DNA of 63,011 bases, counting the filler, from Octopus bimaculoides (lineage: Eukaryota): NCBI RefSeq assembly GCF_001194135.2. It is 8 parts of 8 records of this genome, joined end to end, with 100 filler letters (N's around TTAATTAATTAA, not from the genome) between each part and the next. Parts side by side here need not be neighbours in the genome. Positions count along the whole stretch, not along the records: positions 1 to 26,164 come from NC_068987.1; 7 more parts are not named here. One strand, 5' to 3'. Under the pieces are notes generated by a model. That model worked only from the letters and a program-made list of their open reading frames with translations. It had not been told where the DNA came from and did no database searches. The position numbers were made by a program, and so were the translations under genes. Below, one piece after another: positions 1 through 11,843 of the stretch; the first letter of the stretch is position 1, and every line of letters starts with the position of its first letter.

Positions 1-31
1 AAATATATAAATATAAATATATATATATAAA

Positions 32-71
32 GGCGACTCGAGTTTCAGGGCTATTTCCCTTCGTCATGGCC
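32..71 (-). ncRNA. minimal type I hammerhead ribozyme motif (Penelope-associated), core with 1-nt insertion
   Basis: Minus strand reads GGC-CATGACGA-AGGG(AAATAG)CCCT-GAAAC-TCGA-GTC-GCC. This gives stem I GGC/GCC, a CUGANGA-like core with an extra A, a 4-bp stem II, GAAA, a short stem III with palindromic TCGA loop, and a GUC cleavage triplet. Confidence 0.65.
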
Positions 72-270
72 GGTATGACAGTCTTTAACAGACTGTAATA
101 AGTTGGCTGGTTTTCTGTCTTTTATACCAATTCCTTTGGATGGCAGCAGTAGGTGTCTGGCTATTTTTAGAATTGATGTTAAATCTATTTTTAGACATGA
201 TGATATTTTAATTTATTGTTTTGTGTGGGTTGTAGGGATAAGATTTTTAAACCGCAGTAGGTGTTTGGCT
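32..270 (-). mobile_element. Penelope-like element terminal-repeat remnant
   Basis: Carries the hammerhead motif at its end and an internal repeat (cagtaggtgtYtggct twice, about 110 bp apart). No ORF. Confidence 0.45.
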
Positions 271-271
271 G

Positions 272-296
<25 letters not shown>

Positions 297-303
<7 letters not shown>

Positions 304-455
304 ACGGGCTTCTTTCAATTTTCGTCTACCAAATCCACTCACAAGGCTTTAGTCGGCCCAAGGCTATAGTAGGAGACACTTACCCAAGGTGCCATGCAGT
401 GGGACTGAACCCGGAACCTTGTGGTTGGGAAGCAAGCTTCTTATCACACAGCCAC
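297..455 (-). mobile_element. SINE family A (tRNA head + CORE-like domain), 5' part
   Basis: Reverse complement is GTGGCTGTGTGATAAGAAGCTTGCTTCCCAACCAC...GGGTTCAGTCCCACTGC (A/B-box-like), followed by ACCTTGGGTAAGTGTCT (CORE-like). Same family as 9754-10160. Confidence 0.85.
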
Positions 456-634
456 ATATATATTTATATATTCATATAAATGTGTATATATATATGTGTG
501 TGTGTCAATGTATGTGTCTATATGCATGTGTGTATATATATGTGTTTATGTGTTTATGTGTATGTATGTATGTATTTGTGTGTGTGTGTGTGTAAGTATG
601 TATGCATGTGTGTGTATGTATATGTGTATGAATA

Positions 635-699
<65 letters not shown>

Positions 700-1299
700 T
701 ATGTATATCTGTGTGCGTGTGTGTATGTACATTTATTCTAAATTTGGTATGAAACAGTAAATTGTTTTTTTTTTTTTTTTACAAAAGATATGAATTAACT
801 CTAAAACGTCTGTTTACGGGAAATGGAATTTTCAAAGAATAAATTTCAAGGGTGTGTTTCCATTCCTTATTGAATCTAAATCACTAATTAATGTAGAAAG
901 ATAAGATCATATACAATGTTATATAGCTTTCTCTCAACCGCTACAAACATGGGTCATTAAAAAATTCCTTGCCATTTATTACTTGTAAGCGTTGTTTTTT
1001 TCTGTGTAGAAAACAGCAGATAACGAAGAAGAAATAACCAATATGATAAAAATTTGGAACAAACCCAAGCTGAATATACATACCACACCACACCACACCA
1101 CACCGCACCACACCACACACTGTAGAAATAAAGTGCCAACGATGTGCCCTCGATACGGTGACTCAACAAGAAAGAAATAATACACAAATCTCCCGCATAT
1201 CAAATCCAATTGTGGCCTCATTTACTAAATTTTTCTTGAGTTTAAGGACCTATAAAACTGGTTATGCGGTCACCATGGCTTATAAGTGACCGAGATCAC

Positions 1300-1480
1300 A
1301 ACATTTCCCTTGAATAACCCGTTGCAGGGATCATGGTCACCAATTGACTCCAATACCTGGATGATACTCAATTTTATCGATCTCAAAAGGATGAAAGGCT
1401 AAGTTGACCGCGGTGGCGTTTAAACTCAGAACTTAAAGATTTGGAAGAAATGCCCCTAAGCACTGTCAAACGATTTTGCT
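1300..1480 (-). mobile_element. SINE family B, degenerate copy
   Basis: ttttatcgatctcaaaaggatgaaaggctaagttgacc...aactcagaac matches the family-B central domain. Confidence 0.7.
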
Positions 1481-3079
1481 GGTTCGCTGCCTGATAGAAA
1501 CATTCAATGGGTTCTTATTATTAATTAAATGTTACTTTTATCAAACCGAATTTTCCCTTTGTGAGGGCTAAAATCCCATACTCTCCCCCTTGCACTCGAA
1601 GCATTTCCCTACGAAGTGTAGATGAGGTTTTCCCTTTCATCGAATTCTGTATACACGGGCCAATAATTGGCATTTGTTGTACCACTTCAAGGTTCACTGT
1701 AGCGGCGTGTTGGCCTGCGTGCCTCAATGACATTAAGAGCTATGCCAGTCGAATGCAAGCTTCAGGTAGGGCCTTCCATATTGAGCAAGTCAAAATATAG
1801 AGGCCAGATTAATTTGGACCACCTCTTCCCAGAGGTAAGAATGGGTTTGCATAGGGTCAACACCCTTACATAGAAAAATGCAAAGTTAGAAAAGCACCGA
1901 TAACAATACAAACCCAACAAGACTTGGGAGAGGAAGGACAGCGCAAAGTCGAGATCAGTGAAGAAAAATATTGTCGATAACCTATCCTCCAAAGGAAACG
2001 AAGGGCTTAAGTACCACGACTGCGAAAACTGCGGTTACTGTTATTAGTCTTACATTATTGTCATGTGGTCTCAGGTCAGACTATGCTCTTCCTATTTTTT
2101 AAGGACATTTGAAGGTAATTTCACTGTTAATTCTAATAATCACATGGAGACTGTTGTTGTCCTGGCATTATCGTTACAAGTATTGTTTACTGTTTTTGCT
2201 TTTGAGGTGGTTTTTCTCATCGTTGTTTGTGATCATGTTGTCTAACCCATAACAGGCGCGAGCTCTAATCAAAAAGAAGTTCTAGACCATAAAATTTTGT
2301 TTTCAATCATAGCATATCGGACGACATTATCCAATGCAACTATTCCAGTTTTAAAGACTGTAGAATGTGATTTGAGTAAAATTTAGTTTCTAATTCAAAC
2401 ATAGACAAACGACAAACAAAATATATCTTTGGCTCGTATCAACAAAACAATCTCTGATTTAGATACAAGGCCGAGCAGATTTGAGGATTTACAGCAAATT
2501 TGGGATTTATTTTCAAAATAATTGCATTTTCTGTCATCTTTTGGTATTTATTTAGTTTTCTGTTTGTTGTTGTATTGCTGTTGTTGTATTGCTTGATGTA
2601 CATCGTTTATTCCATCGTTTTATCAATCTTTTCCAACGATTATTTCCTCAGCCATTTTGTAACGATAAAAATTACTTATCTTGTTAGGAAGCCGCAAATC
2701 CAGTTTGACAGGTAAATTCGGTTCGGTTGGATTTGAATTCAAGACATAATTAAATAGTGCAAGGCATTTTACCGGGTGTTCTACCATTTTTGACCCACAC
2801 ACAGATCTTCCATCGTCACAAAACCAGACGTTTGTAAGAAAGGATATAAACGATCAAATGAATCCAAGAAGAATAAAAGGCTTACTCGCCCTCGATGGGA
2901 TTTGATCTGATAATATTGATATGTAATTAAATACTATAAAACGTCTGATCCTGCATTCCTAGCACTTTTGCCAGTCAGCACTAACGTCCAATGATAATAT
3001 TTCTTAAACAACGAAGTGAAATTTTGAGGGACGAGTCAAGCGATTAAATCAACTTTAATACGACTGGGCTACTCTATTT

Positions 3080-4720
3080 TATCGACTAAACAATCTCTGA
3101 TTTAGATGCAGGGCCAGCAAATTTGAGGATTCACTTGATACCATCGGACCATCGGTAACAGTATTTGATTGGTATCTTATTTTATCGACGCCTAAACGAT
3201 GAAAAGCAAAGCTGACCTCGGCGCTATTTGAACTCAGAAAATAAAGTGCCGCAAGTAATGCCGCTAAGCATTTTGCCAGACGTGCTGACGTTACTGCCAT
3301 TTCATCGCCTTTGTGAGTCGAGTAATAATTATTTCTACTCTAGGAACAAGGCCTTGAGTATATTTTGGGGTAAGGCACCTAGTCGACCCCAGTGCATAAC
3401 TGGTACTTATTTCATCAACTCCGAAAGGATGAAAGGCAAAGTCGTTCTCGGCGAAATTTGAACTCAGAACGTAAAGACAAACGAAATACCGCTAGGCATT
3501 TCGCCCAGCGTGCTAACCATTCTGCCAGCTCGCCGCCTTATGCTAGTCAAGCAATAGTGGTTCTAAAGTTTAGTGCAGGGCCAACTGTGTTTTTTGGGGA
3601 GGGGGAAGTCGATTAGATCGATTCCAGTATTTGACTAGTAATTCATTTTATAGCACCCGGAGAAATGGAAAGCAAGTTCATCTCGGCAAAATTTGAACTC
3701 AGAGCATCTAAAGGTCTGCCCGCTCACCATCTTCATCACCTTATTAATAACGATCTCCGATTAAGACATGAGGCCAGTCAGCCATTTTGAAAGGAGGGCG
3801 CGGCGTTAGTCGATAGCATCAACTTGAATGGTATTTAATTTTATTGACCCCGAAAAGATGAATGGCAAAGCTGACCTCGGCGGGGTTTGAACCCAGAATG
3901 TGACAAGCCAGGAGAAAAGCTGTATTACATTTTGTTCGTCGCGCTAATGACTCCACAATTCCAGCATCTTCACCTTTACTATTAATAATAGGTTTTGATT
4001 TAGACATGAGGACAGCGATTTTGTGGGGAAGGGTTAGCAATACCATCGATCCCAGTGCTAGACTGGTACTTGTATCTTATTTCTTTATTGCCCACAAGGG
4101 GCTAAACATAGAGGGGACAAACAAGGACAGACAAACAGATTAAGTCGATTATATCGACCCTAGTACATAACTGGTACTTATTTAATCGACACCGAAAGGA
4201 TGAAAAGCAAAATCGACCTCGGCGGAATTTGAACTCAGAACGTAAAGACCAAAGAAATACCGCTAAACATTTTATCCGATTCTATCAAATAATAACCCTC
4301 TCCTTTTGTATTAATAATGGTTATGCTTGTCAAATTGGAAAGAATCTTGTTTATATCACTGAATTAATTCTTAACNNNNNNNNNNTACCACCAGAGGGAT
4401 GAAAGCTAAAGTTGATTAGAACACAGAACGCAAAGAACCAGAAGAAATAACGCAAACACATTTTTTCCGGCGCTCTCCCGATTCTGCTGCTCGCTGCCAA
4501 CTTTTCATCCTCACCTCTTCTATTAATTCTTTCTACTAAAGTTACAAGGCGCAAAATTTTGAGGGGAGGCTGAAGTTAAATACATCACCACACCACCCTC
4601 GTTCCCATCTGGTACTTATTTCATCGACTTCGAAAGGATGAAAGGCAAAGTCGACCTCAGCAGAATTTGAACTCAGAACGTAAAGACCAAAGAAATACCG
4701 CTAAACATTTTATCCGATTC
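3080..4720 (-). mobile_element. head-to-tail cluster of about 7 SINE family B copies (tRNA head + Meta/MESC-like central domain)
   Basis: Repeated motif ACTGGTACTTATTT.ATCGACCCCGAAAGGATGAAAGGCAAAGTCGACCTCGGCGGAATTTGAACTCAGAACG, all on the minus strand, at about 3080-3310, 3345-3540, 3560-3740, 3765-3970, 4010-4290, 4390-4500 and 4545-4720. Confidence 0.85.
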
Positions 4721-4749
4721 TATCAAATAATAACCCTCTCCTTTTGTAT

Positions 4750-5355
4750 TAATAATGGTTATGCTTGTCAAATTGGAAAGAATCTTGTTTATATCACTGA
4801 ATTAATTCTTAACTGAAAATTCTACATTTCGTGAAGATTAATATCTTTGGTGTTTACGCCCAAAATATGCCAAGTGAGTACGTTCACACTTGGCAGCTAA
4901 GTATGGAACCAACTAACGGTTTTAACGATTCAAGAGAGGGAAGAAAAAAAAGAAAGCGAGAGAAAGAGGGAGCGAGAGAGAGAGGGAAAGCGTGAGAGAG
5001 ATGGAAAGTACGAGAAAGAGAGGAGAGAGAGAGAGAGAAGACGAAGGAGAGAGCTAAGTATGGAACCAACTAACGGTTTTAACATTTCAAGAGAATAGAG
5101 GGGAAAAAAAGAAACAGAGAGAAAGAGGGAGGAAGAGAGAGAAAGAGAGAAGGAGAGAAGAAAGAGAGATGGGGAAAGTGAGGGAGAAAAAGAGAGAGAG
5201 AAGGCGTGAGAAAGAGAGGAGAGAGAGAAGACGAAGAAGGAGAGAGAGAAGACGAAGGAGAGAGAGAGAGACGAAGGAAGGAGAGAGAGAGGGAAAACGT
5301 GAGAAAAAGAGAAGGGGAGAGAGAGAGGGAGAGAGAGATAGAGATAGAGAGAGAG
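4750..5355 (+). repeat. unclassified dispersed repeat followed by GA-rich tract (related copy at about 6950-7180)
   Basis: ttgtcaaattggaaagaat...gagtacgttcacac... is similar to 6950-7100, and both are followed by (GA)n-rich DNA. The motif gctaagtatggaaccaactaacggttttaac occurs twice locally. Confidence 0.55.
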
Positions 5356-6109
5356 CAAATCGGAAATAACTCAAACCAAAATGAAATTTGGGATTTCCGG
5401 AGGGTCAAAGTTGGTAACAAAAACTGCTCTTCGAAGACTCATATTGTCGTTCAATGCTCGAAATGAGGAGTAGATGGACAGCCGACAACTGATGAAGGGT
5501 CGCTCTTTATGTTACTTGTCCTGTTATATATGCATATATATATGTGCGTTTGTGTGTACATATACATATATATATATATGCATATATATATATTATTTAT
5601 ATATTATATATATATATATATATNNNNNNNNNNNNNNNNNNNNNNNNNNNNNNNNNNNNNNNNNNNNNNNNNNNNNNNNNNNNNNNNNNNNNNNNNNNNN
5701 NNNNNNNNNNNNNNNNNNNNNNNNNNNNNNNNNNNNNNNNNNNNNNNNNNNNNNNNNNNNNNNNNNNNNNNNNNNNNNNNNNNNNNNNNNNNNNNNNNNN
5801 NNNNNNNNNNNNNNNNNNNNNNNNNNNNNNNNNNNNNNNNNNNNNNNNNNNNNNNNNNNNNNNNNNNNNNNNNNNNNNNNNNNNNNNNNNNNNNNNNNNN
5901 NNNNNNNNNNNNNNNNNNNNNNNNNNNNNNNNNNNNNNNNNNNNNNNNNNNNNNNNNNNNNNNNNNNNNNNNNNNTATATATATTTGTGTGTATGCGCGT
6001 GTGTGTTTGTTTGTGTCCCCTCAGTTTGACAACTGGTGTTATGTCTTCGTAACATAGCGGTTCAGTGAAAGAGTTCGATAGAATAAATACTTGATTCAAA
6101 AAAATAGCA

Positions 6110-6915
6110 GGTATTACGGGTTGTTCTGTTTGACTGATACTTTATTTTATCGTCCCCAGAAGGATGAAAAGCATAGCTGACCGTGGTAGGATTTGAAATC
6201 AGAACGTAAAGAGCCAAAACAAAAAACTGCACGGCATTTTTTCTGACACAGTTCTGCCAATTAATTACTATTAATTATATAGACACAAGGCGAGTTGGCA
6301 GAATCGTTAGCGCATCGAGCAAAATGCTTAGCGGCATTTCGTCTGTCTTTACGTTCTGAGTTCAAATTCCATCGAGACCGATTTTCATCCTTTCGTGGTC
6401 AGTAAAATAAGTACCAGTTGCATACTGGGTCGATATAATCGACTTAGCCTCCCCCTCAAAATTGCTGGCCTTGTGCCAAAATTTGAAATTAAAATGACAT
6501 AGGCACAGGACCAGAATTGTGTGTGTGTGTGTGGAGGGGAGAGTCGTTTATATCGACTCCGTACTTCATTGGTACTTTATGTTATCGATTCCAGAAGGAT
6601 AAAAGAGAGCGAAGACGACTTCCGCGGGATTTGAATTCAGAATTTAGAGAGGCAAAGATAATTGCTGCCACTTCCATCTATCATTCTAATACTACTACTA
6701 CTACTACTAATAATAATAATAATAATAATCCTTTCTACTATAGGCACAAGGCCTGTATTTTCTGAGGAAGGGAACAGACGTTCACATAATCCTCAGTACT
6801 CAACTGGTACTTAATTTATCGACCCCAAAAGGATGAAAGGAAAGCCGACGCCAGCAGAATTTGAACTCTGAACGTAGCGGTAGACGAAATGCTACTAAGC
6901 ATTTCGCCCGGCGTG
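6110..6915. mobile_element. four SINE family B copies in mixed orientation
   Basis: Minus about 6110-6260, plus about 6290-6490 (ggcgagttggcagaatcgttagc...), minus about 6510-6680, minus about 6725-6915. Confidence 0.8.
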
Positions 6916-7094
6916 CCTTAACAACAACAACAACAATAATAATGATGGTGATTGTCAAAGTGGAAAGAATTTTGCTTATATTGCTGAAATAATTCTTAAC
7001 AGAAAATTTAGATTCTTAAAAAGATGAAGATCAGTATCTTTGAAGTTTGCGTTAAAAAAAAAGTAGGCGAATGGAGCACGTTCACACCAGTAAA

Positions 7095-7179
<85 letters not shown>

Positions 7180-9753
7180 GTGGTTGAGGGGGGAGAGAAG
7201 ATAACTTGTTACTAACTTTAACTCAAAAGACTATTTTCACAGCTCCTAAACATATATTGAAAAAAAGAAGTTGCCATCGACTGACGAATTAATGAAAGCT
7301 ATACAGGTATTGCTCATCAAGTGTTTTTTCTCTCTCTTGAGAGTTTTTCAGAAGCAGTAGCTACTTTGATTCTATTTATAAAGCGGTTTCATCTTGCCAT
7401 TTATATGAACATTGACTACAAACGAAACATTCTCAAACAATCCCATATTGACTAAATGAAAAACAACATCACTCTCTCACAAATATACTTATTCAAAACC
7501 ACGGTCGTAATCATAGCATGAGCTGCAATTTATTCTCACAGCGCAAACCGATGTTTAATTATATGGAATAAATCAAAACTTGCTTACATAATTAATTTTA
7601 AAAATTGTAGTAGTTCTACGTTTCTGAAATGATGAAATTATTTCAAGCTGATTCTGTTTCATCACTGCCTCTATTTTTTTTTTTTAATGATTATTCAGTT
7701 GGTTTCTTCTATACTCTAAGCTTAGTTGCTTGAGTGATGAATACGTTTATCTACAGTTCGAGGTTTCGTATCAAGTTAAAGGCATTGGGTTTGTCATTGT
7801 AGAAATGGTATTTAAAAGTTGAGTGTTTAGTTCTCAAATGCCGTATGTGATCGAATAAAGGATATTTTTTCGGCAATTTTCCTATTTGCTACAAAGGTAA
7901 TATGTGCGTGAATTCACTGCAAAATAGCGACTTTATATATNNNNNNNNNNNNNNNNNNNNNNNNNNNNNNNNNNNNNNNNNNNNNNNNNNNNNNNNNNNN
8001 NNNNNNNNNNNNNNNNNNNNNNNNNNNNNNNNNNNNNNNNNNNNNNNNNNNNNNNNNNNNNNNNNNNNNNNNNNNNNNNNNNNNNNNNNNNNNNNNNNNN
8101 NNNNNNNNNNNNNNNNNNNNNNNNNNNNNNNNNNNNNNNNNNNNNNNNNNNNNNNNNNNNNNNNNNNNNNNNNNNNNNNNNNNNNNNNNNNNNNNNNNNN
8201 NNNNNNNNNNNNNNNNNNNNNNNNNNNNNNNNNNNNNNNNNNNNNNNNNNNNNNNNNNNNNNNNNNNNNNNNNNNNNNNNNNNNNNNNNNNNNNNNNNNN
8301 NNNNNNNNNNNNNNNNNNNNNNNNNNNNNNNNNNNNNNNNNNNNNNNNNNNNNNNNNNNNNNNNNNNNNNNNNNNNNNNNNNNNNNNNNNNNNNNNNNNN
8401 NNNNNNNNNNNNNNNNNNNNNNNNNNNNNNNNNNNNNNNNNNNNNNNNNNNNNNNNNNNNNNNNNNNNNNNNNNNNNNNNNNNNNNNNNNNNNNNNNNNN
8501 NNNNNNNNNNNNNNNNNNNNNNNNNNNNNNNNNNNNNNNNNNNNNNNNNNNNNNNNNNNNNNNNNNNNNNNNNNNNNNNNNNNNNNNNNNNNNNNNNNNN
8601 NNNNNNNNNNNNNNNNNNNNNNNNNNNNNNNNNNNNNNNNNNNNNNNNNNNNNNNNNNNNNNNNNNNNNNNNNNNNNNNNNNNNNNNNNNNNNNNNNNNN
8701 NNNNNNNNNNNNNNNNNNNNNNNNNNNNNNNNNNNNNNNNNNNNNNNNNNNNNNNNNNNNNNNNNNNNNNNNNNNNNNNNNNNNNNNNNNNNNNNNNNNN
8801 NNNNNNNNNNNNNNNNNNNNNNNNNNNNNNNNNNNNNNNNNNNNNNNNNNNNNNNNNNNNNNNTATATATATACATATATATGTGTATATCCAAAAACAA
8901 AAAAAGAAGAAATATTGTTGTATATTTGGACGGTCATTGCGCAAAAAACAAACACAGACACTGGTTTAATTTCATTTCTTTTATTATTATTAGTTAATTC
9001 GTCAATGTTTGACCAATTAACTAATCGGTTGTTTGATTAACCATTTGGTTTGTCAATCATTCAGCTTGGTTTCTCAAAGTTCTTTCGTCGCCATTCATGA
9101 CCTCTTAAGTGACATGCCATCTCCTCCGAGTTTGCTTGAAATCTCTGATGTAGAGCGGGCATGTCATTGATGGGACCACGAATGGTGACGAAAGGACTGA
9201 TAAATAAGTGATTGATTGATTAAGTAAGTGATTAAAGCAAGTAATCGATTTATTAGTTGGTTAAATAACTAACCATTTCATTAATAGCAAAGAAGTGAAA
9301 TTAAACAAGTGTGTGCGTCTACATACAACAAAATTTGTTTTAACACACGAGTTCACATCAACAATTTTGCGAACTAAATACGAAAACGAATAAGAAAAAT
9401 ACTTTGATAAATTTATCAAGGATAAAAGAAAGAATTCACCTTATTAGTATATGCTACCGGTTTCATTCATTTAAAACACGACTTAGCCATACTGAAATAA
9501 AAGGGGAAATAAATTGACATAAATAGAATCAAGTAATTTTTCATGATATCTTTTCTGTAAGTCCAGGAGTACTGCTGCTGCTACCCAAAAACAATAAAAA
9601 GAAGAAAAAAAGAAACAGCAAAACCGTATGATTTTTGTATGGAAAACATGTGAACACTCAGAACTGATATCTCGAAAGATTAACTTCATTTCATTTATTT
9701 TAATTTTGACAAAAATTGAAATACATTCTTTTATCCATGGTAGAATTCACAAT

Positions 9754-10160
9754 AGGCGCAGCGTGGCTGTGTGGTAAGAAGCTTGTTTCCCAATAACGTG
9801 GTTCCGGGTTCAGTCCCACTGCGTGGCACCTTGTGTAAGCGTCTTCTATTATAGCCTTCTACTAAATCCTATAGAGCAGATTTGGTAGACGGAAACTGAA
9901 AGAAGCTGGTCGTATATATGTATATAATATGTGTGTGTGTATAATATGTATATTTGCGTGTGTCTGTGTTTGTCGCCTCACATCACTTGACAACCGATGT
10001 TCGTGTATTTACGTACCCGTAACTTAGCGGCTTAGCAGAAGAAACCAATTGAATAAATACTAGGCTTACAAAGAATAATTCCTGGGATCGATTTCTTTGA
10101 CTAAAGGCGGTGCTCCAGCATGGCTGCAGTCAAATGACTGAAACAAGTAAAAGAATAAAG
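9754..10160 (+). mobile_element. SINE family A, near full length (about 410 bp)
   Basis: tRNA-like head, CORE-like segment, internal (TA/TG)n, and tail ending CAGCATGGCTGCAGTCAAATGACTGAAACAAGTAAAAGAA. Confidence 0.9.
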
Positions 10161-10408
10161 CTTTTTCTTTTTGTTGTTTTTTGTTAAATATAATTTTACT
10201 CATGCGAAGCCTCTTAACCTTTTCAATATAATGCATGTACAAAGATATTATTTTAAAAGTATTTAAATTTGCGTCTAAATTGAAATAAATGAAATGAAGT
10301 TAATCTTTCGAGATATCTGTTCTGGATGTTTACATATCTTCCATACAAAAATCTTGCTCATTTTTTATTTTATTTTTATTGTTTCTGGGTCGTAGTGATA
10401 GCAGCAGC

Positions 10409-10746
10409 GTGGAAGCGCAATGGCCCAATTGTTAGGGTAGCGGACTCGCGGTCGTTGGATTACGGTTTCGATTCCTAGACCGGGCGTTGTGAGTGTTTAT
10501 TGAGCGAAAACACCTAAAGCTCCACGAGGCTCCGGCAGGGGGTGGTGGCGAACCCTTCTGTACTCTTTCACCACAACTTTCTCTCACTCTTTCTTCCTGT
10601 TTCTGTTGCACTTGTATTTCAAAGGGCCAGCCTTGTCACACTCCGTGTCACGCTGAATATCTCCGAGAACTACGTTAAGGGTACACGTGTCTGTGGAGTG
10701 CTCAACCACTTACACGTTAATTGATCGGATCAACTGGAACCCACGG
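10409..10746 (+). mobile_element. SINE family C (about 390 bp tRNA-derived) with 10-bp TSD
   Basis: Head GTGGAAGCGCAATGGCCCAATTGTTAGGGTAGCGGACTCGCGG...GGTTTCGATTCC. TSD TAGCAGCAGC at 10399-10408 and 10747-10756. Confidence 0.9.
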
Positions 10747-10951
10747 TAGCAGCAGCAGTACTCCTGGATTTCCCGAAATGATCCATGAAAAATTAATTTC
10801 CTTTATACAACATATCGAAAAAGAGAATCTCACATAATCTCATTGACTAAAAAGCAATCTAACAATTAATTTCAAATTCAATCAAAAATGAAAACTTAAA
10901 TCTGCAAGCATAAACCACAATCTAAATTCACACTTCCTTCCACTGATGTTC

Positions 10952-11331
10952 GTGGCACTCCGTCAGTTGCGACGACGAGGGTTCCAGTTGATCAGATCAA
11001 CGGAACAGCCCGCTCGTGAAATTAACGGGCAAGTGGCTGATCACTCCACAGACACGTGTACCCTTAACGTAGTTCTCGGGGAGATTCAGCGTGACACAGA
11101 GTGTGACAAGGCTGGCCCTTTGAAATACAGGTACAACAGAAACAGGAAGAAAGAGCGAAAGAAAGTTGTGGTGAAAGAGTACAGCAGGGTTCACGACCCC
11201 GCTGCCGGAACCGCGTGGAGTTTTAAGCGTTTTCGCTCAATAAACAGTCATAATGCTCGGTCCGGGAGTCGAAACCGCGATCTCATGACCGTGAGTACGC
11301 TGCCATAACCACTGGGCCATTGCGCCTCCAC
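10952..11331 (-). mobile_element. SINE family C, full length
   Basis: Reverse complement of the same family as 10409-10746 and 33912-34295. Tail ...CGACGGAGTGCCAC. Confidence 0.9.
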
Positions 11332-11424
11332 TCTACTGAAGTTAACCTGTAAGTAACAATATTGTTGAATACCATAAAAAGTTATGTATTCACGCTGATC
11401 CTCCTGACTATTTCAAAAGTAACC

Positions 11425-11590
11425 CCAGTGTTTATTTCAAACACAAGGTTCGAAATTTTGGGGGAAGGGGGCCAGTCGATTAGATCGACCTCAGTACGCA
11501 ACTGGTACTTAACTTGTCGACCTCCAAAAGATGAAAGGCAAAGTTGACCTCAGCGGAATTTGAACTCAGAACGTAATGGCAGACGAATCA
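11425..11590 (-). mobile_element. SINE family B copy
   Basis: aactggtacttaacttgtcgacctccaaaagatgaaaggcaaagttgacctcagcggaatttgaactcagaacg. Confidence 0.8.
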
Positions 11591-11709
11591 AACACTAATT
11601 ATTAATAGGAAAATGTGAGTATCTTTATATTTGAGATCCTATATTTGGTTGAGACGACAAACAAAATAAAATCCTCTGCTTCCTGTTTAACTGTCGCCTG
11701 CTTCAATAC

Positions 11710-11843
11710 CTTCCGGTTCACAACCACCATCTCATTGTTTTAACATGTAGAGGTTCTAATGGCATACATCAGGTACACCACATCAAGATGTTCAACAGAA
11801 TCACCTTAGCACGCTACCAGCCTGTCCTCATATCAATTGATGC
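11710..11843 (-). other. candidate exon (134 nt), mostly non-coding; may end with a start codon (MVVVNRK, phase 0)
   Basis: Strong acceptor gtcgtctttttcag|G and donor GGAAG|gtattg in unique sequence. All three frames contain stops. An ATG at 11730 runs to the donor. Confidence 0.4.

Larger units (their letters stand above)
9533..10797. repeat. inverted duplication of about 170 bp (arms about 9533-9707 and 10277-10797, right arm split by a SINE)
   Basis: Left arm ccaggagtactgctgctgcta...ccatacaaaa (revcomp)...gatatctcgaaagattaacttcatttcatttatt. Its reverse complement is at 10277-10408 plus 10747-10797. Confidence 0.85.

Noticed and set aside
3080-4720. CRISPR-like array of repeated motifs
   Set aside because: Units are about 200-bp diverged SINEs with irregular spacing, in a eukaryotic context with no cas genes.
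9754-9830. tRNA genes at SINE heads (A/B boxes in families A-D)
   Set aside because: No complete cloverleaf, and each continues into SINE body and tail, so they are tRNA-derived SINE heads.
10946-11308. 120-aa ORF recurring in similar form at 10493, 33996 and 49208
   Set aside because: Chance open frames within SINE family C copies, with stops and frameshifts differing between copies.
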